64,000 nucleotides of DNA from Botryllus schlosseri (Eukaryota): the NCBI GenBank assembly GCA_051294905.1, contig CM119372.1, positions 31,684,001 to 31,748,000 of the forward strand. Direction: 5' to 3'. The notes below the pieces were generated by a model. It worked only from the letters and a program-made list of their open reading frames with translations. It made no database searches and was not told the origin of the DNA. Shown here one piece after another: positions 46,209 to 59,400 of this stretch; position 1 is the stretch's first letter; the number at the start of each line of letters is the position of its first letter. Made by a program: the position numbers and the translations under genes.

Positions 46209-47159
46209 TTATTTGTTCCCAATGGTCGTTTCACTACTGCTTGATCTTCCACACAGCAGCTTCTTCATTTCCCGCCGTATCTCCATCGATCCGTAGTAGT
46301 AGAGGAAAGGATTGAGGCACTCCGAAATGCGAAGTACTCCATGAGCTACCAATGCCAACGTCAACGTGGTATGGTCTGAAACCTGGCCGTCACGCTTGAG
46401 GAACATGAAATTCTTTGCCCCACAGTCAACTGTGTAAGCTACCAGAAAGCTGACTACAACGATCACAAGCTGCTTAACTGCCTTCTTCTCCATTTGCCGC
46501 CGTAGCTTATCCGCCGATGGTGTAGTTGCAGGTAGCTTCCGCCCTAACAGGAACAGTACGATAGTGATGCACAATCCAGCGATAATCAGCGTTGGAAGGA
46601 AAATACCTGCAGTGACCCCCAATGCTACCATACCTTTCGCCAGCAACGTCACATTTTTTTTCATACCGCATTTGAACCCTGTGTCAGTTTCGGACACTGT
46701 GATAGCAATAGGGTAGGGCGATATTAGCAGCAACGACACGATCCATAGCGAGACGATGACATGGGCACATGTATGAGTCGACATTTGCCTTTTCGCAGGC
46801 ACAGAACGGACTACAGTGTTGAATCTGAACAGAGTCAACGCCAGTACCTGGAAGACTGTTACTATCGATGTTCCGACTTCAACAGTCGTTGCCAATCCAC
46901 AAGTAAATCTAGGTAGCGTGAAATTCCTTGCCTCAAGAATGATCTTCACAAACAACGGACTGTTGCAAGCTGAGAGCAAATCCGAAAAGCAAAGCCCGGT
47001 CAGAATGATGAGAAATACGGTACGTTTTGTTCTAAGCAGTGCCATGATCATCAGCACATTAGCGACTACGTTCACCGTGGCCAGCAACCAAAATGCTGTT
47101 CGAATCACGAATAGCTCAGTTGCATTGTAAACCGAGTTAGTCCCCGTTACATTCGCCAT
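46209..47159 (-). CDS. Single-exon class A orphan GPCR, copy 2 (316 aa)
   Basis: Same motifs; 9 amino-acid differences from copy 1; first ATG at 47159. Confidence 0.9.
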   Translation of the reverse strand: MANVTGTNSVYNATELFVIRTAFWLLATVNVVANVLMIMALLRTKRTVFLIILTGLCFSDLLSACNSPLFVKIILEARNFTLPRFTCGLATTVEVGTSIVTVFQVLALTLFRFNTVVRSVPAKRQMSTHTCAHVIVSLWIVSLLLISPYPIAITVSETDTGFKCGMKKNVTLLAKGMVALGVTAGIFLPTLIIAGLCITIVLFLLGRKLPATTPSADKLRRQMEKKAVKQLVIVVVSFLVAYTVDCGAKNFMFLKRDGQVSDHTTLTLALVAHGVLRISECLNPFLYYYGSMEIRREMKKLLCGRSSSSETTIGNK

Positions 47160-47381
47160 CCTCGACGTCAAGAATACAAACGAAATATGATACGGCTACA
47201 GATTTTTGCCCTGATAAAATTAAACAAATTATGGTAACATAACATGCGGTATGGTAGGTTTTTGGTCGAACTCTGAGTATTGCTGTCGTGTTCTCGTGGC
47301 TGAACCCGGTTCGAAAAATATCCCTCAAGAAGATGCATCTGAAGCGAAATGCCCCGTCATCATCTTGTAATAGCTTGTATG

Positions 47382-48678
47382 CAGGACCGTAACAGCATTT
47401 CGTCAGCCCCCCCCCCCCAAAAAAAACGTTGGTCTTGGGTCCCCCACAGGGTGACAAACCCAGACCCCCTCAGGCTATACGCTGTTTACCGCTACTTATC
47501 ATCTACATTGGGTGTCCGTCTCGTGATTGAGCTTTTGTCACCTAAACGCGCCATGCGCGAAAAATTCTATAATTCATGATTGAATCGGTCGATATGATCG
47601 GGAATTGCATACATATAGCTATCAATTTTCATCCTCTCTCTGCACGCGTAATCAGATTTACCGGTAGAGCTGAGTGGGGTGTGTTTGAAAAGGTGAGACC
47701 CCTAAATATTAATTAAACATCTTAGGACCTATACCCGTTGACAGGAACGAAACAGCACTTCGTGCCTCCAGAAAACTTTAGTCTTGGGTCCCCATAGGGT
47801 GATAAACTGAGCCCCCATCACGTTGTTCGCTTTTGCCCCGAAATTAGTTGTACTGTTTAGTGAGCCAGCGCGAAGCCCGGAAATTTTCGATCATTCATGA
47901 TAAAATTGGTCGATGAGATCGGAAATTGCATATATATAATGCTATCAATTTCTTGTCCTCTCTGCTCACGTAATCAAATTCACCGGTAGAGCTGAGTGAG
48001 GTGTCTTGGAAACTGTAGGGTCCGTAAATAATAATTAAACATATTCGGGCGGGCGGACCCGTTGGTGTAATGACTTCGTTACATGATGTTATTTCGTGAC
48101 CTCCTGCCTGTATATAAAAAAATATTGAAATCGACCAAACGTACTAAATTAAAAGACGCACACGATTTCAAATTGGTATTTCTTCACTGGCAAATAATTT
48201 TTCTCTGCGGGATGGTATTTGTCTTGTGGCGTTCGGATTGCAAGGACAGGAACATTCGGCGCCAGTCATTTAGGCGCCTATGGACAATTAAACCTTATGT
48301 ATTTTGTATATATAACGAAGTTTTCGGTCAGCATAAGGGCAGTCCTTTTCGGCCAATGTTTTCTCGCTGCCGATCGTTATGGCACACTTCTTGAAGTGTG
48401 CCATGGTTACATGTTACATGGCCTAAAACTTTCTATGTCCTGGTGCGTCGTGACGCGGTAATGGCCAACGCCGATATGCCCATTTATTTAGGTCTTGCGT
48501 ATTCTTTCTTGGGGGAAGAGGACCCAATATTGAAGAAATTTGGCAAAAAATTTCGAAACAGTCGCATAAATTTCCACATCATACTCTAAAATTTATGCTA
48601 ATTCACTAAATAATTTTGGGCTACCTCGAGCTCGCCCTCCCCAATTGGGGGGTTTTGGGTGCGGCAGTTACGATCCTG
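47382..48678 (+). mobile_element. Full-length hAT non-autonomous element (caggaccgtaac family)
   Basis: TIR caggaccgtaac / gttacgatcctg; TSD cttgtatg/cttgtacg; related copies near 31530-31870, 50597-50912, 52493-57808, 53371-56752 and 58860-59400. Confidence 0.85.
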
Positions 48679-49719
48679 CTTGTACGTAATGTTAATAGAT
48701 ATACATTGTCGCCCTGCACAGTGACTTTTTTGAGCCTAGGAACAATTTAGCGCCATGGGACGAAATCATCATTTGTGGCTTCATCAGGGATGGCTCATTC
48801 TGCCACTGCTCTGGAATATAGCAACGTCATACTGCTTTAGCTCGTTTTTCGAGCCGAAATATTGTCACACGCAAGTCATTCTATTATTCAAGGAAATTTC
48901 TCGATATAACCAACACAATATTTTAACAGATTAAGTTTATCTTAGGGTTGTCTCAATATCGTGCTGTCACTGTCACACAGAATTCAAAAGATTTGATCAT
49001 CGTCAATTATGCCATTTCAGAAAAGATGTTCACACTGCAGAGAACATAGATGTCAAATATGCGATTCGCGCGCTCGATCTGGCCGGTCGGATGTTTTTCA
49101 TCCGACCCGCGAAGCAATGCTGAGTAAATGGAGAAATGTTAGTATTAACCTTCAAATTTATCTCAGAAGTCCGTCATAAATAATCCCTCAAGACACCGAA
49201 TGTCACACATGGTCTTATGTCATATTACAATCGTACGATGGCAATGTTGTGTTTTCACTATAATGACAGTAAATAACAGGTCTGTGACATTTACACAGAT
49301 ACTGTAAAAGGGTGCCCACGCGCTTCAGAGTTTCCAGGAAAAATGGACCGAAACCGGATTATTCGCATAGACGAAAAGGCCAATGCGAAACGTTGAAACT
49401 TACGTGTTCAAAGATTATAATGTAGCCTTTCAGGTATTTCATTATAAATTCGCGTTATTAAAATTGCGTGTAGCTACAATAGAGTCCCAATTCTCGTTAT
49501 CTTATACATTAGCCTAGCTTGATCACGAAACATCGCACTGCAAACAGAAGTATGAATTCGGAGGTAACATGGTGGTATCATTTGATTTGGTCTGGCCGTC
49601 AAGCGATGAAAAGCTTTGAATCTGGCCGGCGACCCAAATTGAGTTTGACACCCCTGCTGTAGTTACTTACTTTCGCGGTTCGTCTACAAACACGAACCTA
49701 TAAAATGACGAAGTGGAAA

Positions 49720-50000
49720 TGGTCCGTGGACATATGAGCATGCGACATTATAGCATGCGACACTTCGGCATGCGACAATTGGGCATGCGACACATCAGCA
49801 TGAGGGGCAAATTACGGGTTAGGGGTGGGTTAGGGTAAGGCTTAGGGTTAGGATATATAAGGGGTTAATTTCAGAGTTATGTTTCGGGTTAGGGTTAGTT
49901 TTTGGGTTATAAAGTCACATGCTGAAATGACGCATACTAACGTGGCCCAAGCTCAACTGTCGTTTTCCATTCTGTCGCATGCTCATATGTCGGGCAACCG
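49720..50000. mobile_element. Foldback-like MITE with gcatgcgaca repeats and a central telomere-like GGGTTA tract
   Basis: gacatatgagcatgcgaca / tgtcgcatgctcatatgtc; TSD gtggaaa(t). Confidence 0.75.
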
Positions 50001-53000
50001 GTGGAAATACCGAACACGAATGTGAACACAACGTTCACGCCTTCCTAGTTTCCCGACATTTAAGCGTGCAAAACAATGTAAAACGACATTTGAGTAGGAA
50101 TGAGCACAATGATTCGAGTACTCGGATCTGAACCGAGTAATAATTCTATTAATTCGACTCGATTAGCGAGAGAAGAATTTTGGAGTAGTGAAATTGAATA
50201 GTACACTCATATTGAAATTAACCTGAATATTTTCGGCTAACTCGCGTCAGGGGTAATCGTCAGAAACTAGTAGAGAAGTGGAAAGAACATTGTATGTCAA
50301 GAATCGTATTCAAAATATGATGTCAGCAGCGACGCAGGGTCCGTTCACACTTTCATTTGGGTGCCTTGGAGTCGACTTTTACCAAAATACATCAACCAAG
50401 GCTGTGTCAGAAAGAGGAATTCGTGTACCATCTACAAATAGTACATTGAACGCTCTCTTATTCGCATTTTCATGCGGGTGGCGTCATGTGTGTGATACTA
50501 TTGCCGATATACAATGTTCTTTCCATTTCTCTACTAGTTGCTTACGATTACCAGTGACGAGGGTCAGCCGGAAATATTAGGTTTCATTTCAATATGCAGG
50601 AACGTAACTGCCGCACCCAATTGGGAGGGGGGGGGGCTCGAGCTCGAAAGTTTATGCAACTTTTTCAAAAAAATTTCGCGCTGTGCTCGGTTTAAAGTTG
50701 CCAACTATCTTGAATATTGGGTTCTCTTCCACCAAGAAAAAATACGTATGTTATGCACCACGACGCACCAAGAAATATAAAGTCTTCGGCCATGTAACAT
50801 GCGACTCCGAGAAGTGGGCCAGAACGATCGGCAGCTAGAAAACCTTGGCCGAAAAGGACTGACCTTATGCTGACCGAAAACCTCGATATATATACAAATA
50901 TACACATAGGCGCTTCCTCATCCGCGTAAGCAGTGTCCTACAAAAAGCCTAGAAGTGGGCCGTGCTATCAATCGGCAGTTACGGAATAAAAATGAAGAAT
51001 ATTGGTCTGGTGTAAATGACCATAGTAGTCGACAAACACCATGAATACCACAAAACATGCAGCATGACACATAAATGGGGTGGCGGCCACCATATACAAA
51101 GTTATTAAACGCGCGCAATCTGCGATTTCAGATTTTTGTATATTTCTATTGTCTGGCCAGTTCGATACGCCATCAGCCGAACGAGATCATCAGCGCTGTC
51201 AATTAGCGAGTCCGTGATAGCGCGTAAATGTCAACTATTCACCATTAATCGATACGCGCGCGAATAATTGTAATAAATTGTAATCCGTGATTAGTAATCA
51301 GACAATCGAAGTGACATCGTTTACAGTCGACACGCGTGCGCTGAGAAACGCCATCTTCTCTCTCGACCAGACGAGCGAATTCACGTTCTCTTCTCTTAAT
51401 TAAATTGTATTTGCGCGCATATTCGTTTACAAAATAATTTACAAATGAATTTCCAGCTCAGTTGATACAGCCTGTGGTTGTATTTATTTAAAGAGCAAGT
51501 TTCAAGTTTTGAATTTCAAGCTACCTTTCGCGGGCCGCACAGAATGGCTTCGCGGGCCGCACTTTGCTCAGGTCTGAGATATATCGTCAAAGGAGCTATA
51601 TTTACCCTCTATTTTCAACTGTAAATGTCAATTCATTATGACGTCACAATTGAATATTCGTGACATCATGGCTTAAAAATAACAATAAAAAACAGCATGT
51701 TTTAAACAAGGGCCTTGTTTTAAACATGTTGTTTTAAATTGATTTTTGTTTCAAATGCAACCCTATATGCAGGCATGCATGCTATAATCGCTGGCATGAA
51801 CTATCGCGTGCACCTGGTTCGGCCTGGTATCGTTACCAGCCTGAACTATCGAGTCTACAGCAGAACTGGTGCATGCGATAACATCGCTGACCTAAACTAT
51901 AGCGTCTGCTACAGGCCTCGCATGATTTTCCTGCTATCTTTACTTATGTGATCGTTCTGTCATGGCTTGACTGATTGACTGACATCGTGAAATTGAATAA
52001 CTCTGAATCTGCGCATGGTCATAAATGGCTCGAACGGACGTAATTGATCAGCGCCAATCAGAAGATGTGTGTTAGGGCCGAGTTATCAAAAGATACGACA
52101 GACCTGAATCACCTGAAATCGGTGCCATTACAGAACATTCGACAGCAATTCGACAAACGATGGAGCTTGTCCTATCCATCGGTATTGAGCGGATGTTGAA
52201 TTTTGAGAATCCGAATCCGTCCGACAGGTTGCGTGTATGTGAAACTATTCGTCCGACTCCGAAGAATTTCATCCAACTATCCGCCTATATCCGAAAATGT
52301 CGTTCAAGAATCTTAAAAATCCGTATCGAATAACGTTGTCGCACAACATCAATTGTAGGCTGCAATTGAACTGAGATACTTTTCTGCACTAGAAGATCAC
52401 TAATAGTATTAATAGAATGAACAAAAACACCGTATTTATTTACTTTTATTTACTTTTTATTAATGGAAGGTTAACGCAACTAACGCCACTAGCAGAACCG
52501 TAACTGCCGCACCCCAAACCCCTCCATTGCGGGGGAGGGGGCGAGCTCGAAGGGGGCCCAAAATTATTTCGTGAATTAGCATAAATTATAGAGTAATATT
52601 TGAAAATTTATGCAACTTTTTAAAAAAAATTCGCGCTGGACGCGTTTTCAAGTTGCCACATATCTTAATTATTTGGTGCTCTTCCCCCAAGAAAAAACGC
52701 GCAAGATTTATAGATATGGACAAATCGGCGTAGGCCATTTCCGCGCCACGACGCACCAAGACATAAAGATTTAGGACATATTACATGCGACTCCAAGAAG
52801 CGTGCCAGAACGATTGGCAGCGCGAAAACCTTGGCCGAAAAGGACTGCTCTTACGCTGACCGAAAACTTCGTTATATATACAATTATTCATTATACAAAA
52901 TGCATATAGGTTTAATTGTCCATAGACTCCTAAATGACTGGCGCTGAATGTTCCTGTCTTGGCAATCTAAACCTCAGAAGACAAATACCATCCCGCATGG

Positions 53001-54649
53001 AAAAATTATATGCCAATCAGACATGGGGTGATTACTTCACGAATGTAATCGATTGCGATTACGATTACTTGTGAATCCCGCGATTACGATTACGATTACA
53101 ACAAAATCAGGAAGCAGTCGATTACGATTACGATTACATTTCAAAAGTAATCACGATTACTCACGATTACATTTGTTTTGCTTCTTATAACTAATATATT
53201 GGAAGAGACATTGGAGATATTGGAAGACAATATGAGGCTTTCGATGAAAATAAAGTCTCTATAACAACTTTCTTTATAAATCATACGTCATTTGCTATTT
53301 ACGTCATGATGCACCCATTGCCCAACTCTATGCAGGACTATTCGTCGCACCGAACGATTTGCATTCTTGCCAGGTCTGTAGCTGCCACACCCCAAACTCC
53401 CCAATAGAACCGGGAGCGAGCTCTTAGGGGACTCAAAAGTATTTCATATCAACATAAATTATTATATAGAGTATTTTCAAGAGAGTTAATTAAATTGAAA
53501 ATTTTCTTTGAGCTTCGGGATTAAATGTCTCTAAATAGCTTGATTTGGAAATGCATACCTCTCCCCCTCAAGAAAAAAAGCATGCATAATTTATAGGAAT
53601 ATGCATTTCGGTGGCGGCCATTATCCCGCCACGACACACCAAAAGACGTATGCAATATCGGCCAACATGCAACTTCACAAAGTGTGCTACCAAAGAATGA
53701 CCTTGGCCAAAACTTTGGGTATGTGTCCATTGTCAGTAGCCGCAATCTGTGGGCGTGACGAATAGTCCGGTCCCTCCAATCTGAGCCCCAACAACGCAAA
53801 TGCTAGCCGGGGCACTCACAGAAGAATGAAGACATGACAATTTGTGTGTGCGTCTCACGAAAGTTTTTCTTTTAGTCTGCTACGTTTGTGCGACTACAGT
53901 GTCTTTTGATTATATAAAAGGCGGGAGGTCACGAATTAACAACATACAATAAAGTAATTATAACAACATACCAGATGCTATAATTATGAATTACGTGCCC
54001 CCAGCTCTACCGGTAAATCTGAATGAATAGCAATATAATGCAATTACCAATATTATGACGAAATTCAGTCATCAACTTGAAAACTGACCACCGTGAGGCC
54101 CCAATACCCAGGGTTGTAATGACTCGAGTCGCGATTATTTGGTGACTAGACTTTACTCGAGTCATTTTATCAAATGCGTAAATTGACTAGACTTGAGTCA
54201 ATTTTTGTATTGACTCGACTTACTCGAGTCATTTTGCATGACTCGAACCAAGTCATATGACTCGAGACAGACATTTCATGTCACTGCGAAAAATAGTAAA
54301 GTTACCACATTATTTGTATTTCGTCTATCAGCCCTGGTATATGGAAATAGGGCCGTAAACTGTGAAAACTGATGAAAATTACTATATTATGAATACGAGC
54401 CATTGTATATCACTCGAGCAGACTTGAAAAAAGTGGGTTGAACCGGATTGATCTGAAAACTGATCTGTGAACATAACGACTTGGACGCGTACTCGAGTCA
54501 AACACTATGACTCGGACTCGACCCTATACTAGCTGACTTGGACTAGGACTTGACTCGGGGGTGAAGTGAAAATGACTCGACCTGATTCGAGTCGAAACTA
54601 TAACAATGATATTGACTTGTGATTCGGAACATTGTGACTTGGTTACAAC

Positions 54650-56693
54650 CAGGGCTGTGGAGTCGGTAAATTTTACCACCGACTCCGGCTCCGACTCCGA
54701 CTCCACACATTTTCAATATACCGACTCCGACTCCGACTCCGACTCCTGAGTCTTTAAACGTACCGACTCCGACTCCGACTCCGACTCCTGGGTCTTTAAA
54801 CGTACCGACTCCGACTCCAGCATTATTACCAATTTACTTCGAAAATTATATGCCACATTGTCGGTTGAATGACTATCATACAACCATTAAACATATGCAA
54901 ACATATGATTAACGGTGGCATGCTAAATTGTTTCATTGTGGCACAGCTCGAATTATCCACTATGCAATTAACATATATGAAAGAAAGATTTGCTAAATAC
55001 ACTTCCTTTTTCAAGTTTTTTATAACATGGACTCTCTAATATCCTGAAATGTATGAATCACCCAAATATGGCAGATATCCAATCCTGTATAGTAAAAATG
55101 TAGATAAAAAATCCAAGTGTAGCTCTTGTGTATGAGTCAGCAACTAATAAAGATATTGAACTTACTAATTTTGTCATTGCACACTATCCTCTGATTACAA
55201 GTACACACACTCTTACTACTAATAGACATTGGTCATAAATGGAATTTAGCTAAGTAGTCAAGACCATAGCCTATGTCTAGTTTACATGTACTTAGTCAAG
55301 TATTCAAGGATTGGGACTTGCAGTCTTTCTTAATCATTTTTTCGACCCAAACAGCTAAGATACACTACAAATATTTTTAATTTTGTCAAGTGGGAAGCAT
55401 CGTTTGGTCATATTTACATCATTTTTACAATTTTACAAAACCAGCCGATGCATTTGCTCCGTCACAGTATCATGGTATAATTCCAAAAATTGCATCAATT
55501 TTGACTGCATCGCGAAAACTCATCTTGCTATTTTCTTCACCTCTGCAACTGAGTTGTAATTTGCAAGTAATGTCTAATTTTATCTATATCAGGGGTGGGC
55601 AACTTTTTCGGCGAAAGGGACACCTGAGATTTAGGAACCTTTGCGCGGGCAACTGGAATGTTGATAACCTTTTTTTGTCGTCGATAGGAGCGAACCGAAT
55701 AAGGTTATATTGCAAACAGGACTTATATTAATACACTCTAAATTGATTACAATATGTCATGCAACAGTGCAGTGCGCAATCAGGCCATGGTCGCGCGAAG
55801 CGCGAAATTTTTTTGCAAGATAACGACTGAATTAGGCTATATCAATAAATATGTCGCTAACATACATCGGGGATCGCATCTGTATACTACTGGGCTCATT
55901 TGGCAAGGACAGGATTATTCGACGTTTAGACATAGCAAAATCGACGGTATCAGTGAACATGTCTATATCATTTCGTGCAAATGTTTTGTCGACGATCTCG
56001 CTGCGAGTGCACAAGCGAAGCCGCATGTTGGACGACACGTTATCTCCTAATTGCGAATAGTTAGACTCAATTCTGTGAATATTATGTATTTATAATTTTC
56101 AGAAGGGGGCTCTAATACTGAATGCAAGAAATCTAGTGACAATGAATCATGCGGAGTACCGAGAAAAATTTCAAGTCAAATAAATCTGCTATGAAATATT
56201 CTACTTTATGGTCATATACGAAGATCTGGGATAAATGTGGCTGACCCCTGGATACGTCAATGCGTCAGAACTGTTGTTTTAGTCATCATCAAATTTCGCG
56301 GTCATGCTAATCAAATTTTGGTTGGCCTTGCAATTGTACCTGATGTCATAAATAATTTCGAGAATCACCTCGCAGGCCACACCTAACCTTCTCCTGTGCC
56401 AAATTTGGCCTGCGTGCCACGGGCTGGCCGCACCTGATCTGTATTGTTATTAATAACAGTGATTGGTGGTACATAAAAATTATATTGACAATTCTTTGAA
56501 AGCAAATGTTTTCATGATAGAGAAGTTGGAGTCGGAGTCGGAGTCGAAGTCAGGGTCATTCTCACAAACTCCGACTCCGACTCCAGTCAGTATTTTCCCA
56601 CCGACTCCGACTCCGACTCCGACTCCATCAACCGAAAATTACCCCGACTCCGACTCCGACTCCACCGACTCCGACTCCGACTCCACAGCCCTG
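54650..56693. mobile_element. hAT element with (GACTCC)n subterminal repeats (level E)
   Basis: cagggctgtggagtcgg / ccgactccacagccctg; perfect TSD gttacaac. Confidence 0.92.
55590..56436. mobile_element. hAT MITE (level F)
   Basis: caggggtgggcaac / gctggccgcacctg; TSD atctatat/atctgtat. Confidence 0.8.
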
Positions 56694-57833
56694 GTTACAA
56701 CCCTACCAATACCAACGTTTGGTGTGGGGGACGAATTGCTGGTTTGGTCCTGATTGTACCTACAACCCACGCTAACATGGTGTATAAGCGGATGGCTATG
56801 GCGACAGGTATAAATGTCGAGTGAAGAATTGTGAAATAACGATTGGCGCCCGTTTCCAGTAGAGTCATATGAGAATAAGATAAAGTGAACTTAAAATTCT
56901 ACCTTCCACTTAATACAGATACTTCAAGCTGCCGTTACGAAAAACGGCAAAGAACGGTTCGGTTATGATATATATCAGAAGCTGTTGATTATAACCATCG
57001 TAATGTTTTATTTGACGAGTACAAAATTTCAAATCTTTGTCCAGAGTACGTACAATACATGCGTATACTACATAGATAGGCCTACTGCTCGCCAAGCAGC
57101 AACCGCCAAACTGCGTTTAACTAAGCATAACCAAACATCAATACCAAAGTTACTATCAGAAACTAGGCAGAGTGGTGATTATTATCTTGATGCAAGGTAG
57201 TGACGTCTGGAGTATATTGCTAACCTGATATACGTCATGGTTTACATTGTTCTAACAATCACACAACAATGTACATCGGATATATATTTACTACGTGTGA
57301 TAGGCCTACGTCTTACGCAAGGGCGAGCAAAGCTAATACTTCTGACGTAATAATCAGCAGTGGCGTTTGAAAATCAACCGTTTGCGCTATCAATAACCTG
57401 GTAGAATATCTCTTCCTTGTTCACGAATGTTCAGTTATGTCAAATTCATTGTACAAATAAAAAGTAATCGTTCTTTCACAAAGAAATCGATTAGATATGT
57501 GAAGTAGTCGATTACGATTACGATTACTTTGGATTTTTTTCGAATGTAATCGATTGCGATTACGATTACTTGAAAATGCTGTAATCGTCGTAATCGATTA
57601 CGATTACTAATCGCGATTACCCCATGTCTGATGCCAATGAAGAAATACCAATTTGAAATCGTGTGCGTTTGGGCGATTCTATATTTTTTGATATAGCAGA
57701 CAGGAGGTCACGAAATAACTTCATGTAACGAAGTCATATCAACGGGTCCGCCTGCCCGAATATGTTTAAATATTATTTACGGGCCCTACAGCTTCCAAGA
57801 CACCTCACAGGACATATTGTTGGGCAATGAACA

Positions 57834-57864
<31 letters not shown>
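57834..57864. repeat. (ATT)n microsatellite, possibly the 3' tail of a minus-strand LINE fragment
   Basis: About ten ATT units close to where element A is cut off. Confidence 0.6.
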
Positions 57865-58859
57865 GAACCATATTACCCAATAAATATCAAGAAGTAATAG
57901 GCTATAAGCTACTTGTCCTCATGGATTTTTACAATTATAAGAGGGTCAAAATTGGATGAAGTTATTTCAGCGTTCAAGGAATGAACACTTTGTGCAGTTG
58001 ATGGAGATCCACTTAGGAGACATAACGCATCACTAACGCACTGATCATCGCTCTTGGCGTTGGCTTTCAAATTGTTTATGAGGTCTCTGGAGTTTAAATC
58101 AATTAGAATAGCGTCGTAATCACACTAAAGTTTTTTCTTATAATACTTCAACTGAATTCACACTCTAGTAGACTATTACTTAACAAAAGAATTACTAACA
58201 GGTTATAGGGATGATTGATTTCGTCAATCATATTGAAGAGAGTGTAGCTGCTGAAGAAAGCGAACATGAGAGTTAACTGTGTAGGAATTCTGAATTTTAT
58301 AGCGTCGTAGGATGTGATTAGTTTATCTTAGTGAGGTCGGAGGTGTACTACTACATGTACATGTATTTTGAATGATATTAAAGAGGACTTAGTTAATGGT
58401 AGGCTGCCGTATTGCCAAGACATTATTACAATGATGATCATACATTTTGTCAAGGTGTAATATTTTCTTATAATATTATCTGACTCCAGAAATTCACCTA
58501 ATTATGATGCTATGCGTATTCTTCCTCGATGAGCCGGGCTGCAAGTGGGTGTACAGCTAGTAACTCGACGTGTCACGATGGTTGACGCAAAGTCTCAAAT
58601 CCACACTTGGAATACGTTCTAACAATCTGGAGTTATTACATCGCTGAACGTCATCAGGATGTATTCCGTTATGATAATGAGCCTGCTGGAATTATCACGG
58701 TGGTGTGGTGTCGGCATTTACGCAGGTACTTAACCGTAATAAATTGATGCTAACTTGGTAAATTTGAAACAATTTCAAACCCCTCCTCTTTTATTCAAAC
58801 CCCTTCCTTTTTTCATCTGGCCACCACATGTAAAAATAAAATTCGGCGCCTGTGCTTAT

Positions 58860-59400
58860 GCATATATGTTCATTTGTTCAACTGTCCAGGTGCCTAAATG
58901 GCTGGCGCCGAATTTTCCTGTCCTGGCAATCTGAACCCCACAAAACAAATACCATCCCGCGGGAAAAATTATTTGCCAGTGGTTAAATCGTGTGCGTCTT
59001 TTAGTTTAGTACGTTCGGTCGATTTCAATATCTTTTGACATAGCAGACAGGAGGTCACGAAATAATATCATGTAACGAAGTCATTATACCAACGGGTTCG
59101 CCCGCCCGAAGATGCCTAATTATTATTATTTACGGGCCCTACAGTTCCCAAGATACCTCACTATCAGCTCTACCGGTAAATCTGATTACGTGAGCAGAGA
59201 TGATAAAAAATTGATAGCAATATATATGCAATTTCCGATCATATTGACCGATTCAATCATGAATTATTGAAAATTCTCGCGCATTGCGCGTTTATGCGAA
59301 ATAAATTGACTTGGTAAACAGTACAACAAAACTCGCTGATAACTAACGGCAAAAACTAACAACCTGATGGGGCGTCTGGGAGGAGAAGCCTGCCGCAATT
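58860..59400 (-). mobile_element. caggaccgtaac-family internal fragment
   Basis: Reverse complement of the 41750-42250 sequence. Confidence 0.75.

Larger units (their letters stand above)
44263..48393. repeat. Tandem segmental duplication, copy 2
   Basis: Colinear with 37277-42340. Confidence 0.92.
54109..56705. mobile_element. GACTCGAGTC-family hAT MITE (level D)
   Basis: cagggttgtaa / ttacaacccta; perfect TSD ccaatacc. Confidence 0.88.
53371..56752 (-). mobile_element. Diverged caggaccgtaac-family element (level C)
   Basis: Ends caggtctgtagctgcc / gggggacgaattgctggtttggtcctg; TSD not recognisable. Confidence 0.6.
53018..57630. mobile_element. hAT element with (GATTAC)n subterminal repeats (level B)
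   Basis: cagacatggggt / accccatgtctg; perfect TSD atgccaat. Confidence 0.9.
52493..57808 (-). mobile_element. caggaccgtaac-family element (level A of the nested stack)
   Basis: Family sequence breaks at 53017 and resumes at 57639. Confidence 0.8.

Noticed and set aside
49812..49910. True telomere or chromosome fusion scar
   Set aside because: Degenerate, short, and enclosed in a TIR/TSD-bounded element
51692..51733. Short AT-rich hairpin (catgttttaaacaag/cttgttttaaacatg)
   Set aside because: Probably a collapsed MITE remnant; nothing supports an ncRNA or terminator
54679..54818. Repeat-spacer-like array of ccgact units
   Set aside because: The spacers are near-identical (ctg.gtctttaaacgta), there are no cas genes, the context is eukaryotic, and it is a transposon subterminal array rather than CRISPR
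56463..56753. ORF with ESESES/PTPTPT/DSDSDS low complexity (also 54524-54706)
   Set aside because: Translation of (GACTCC)n subterminal repeats of element E, not a gene
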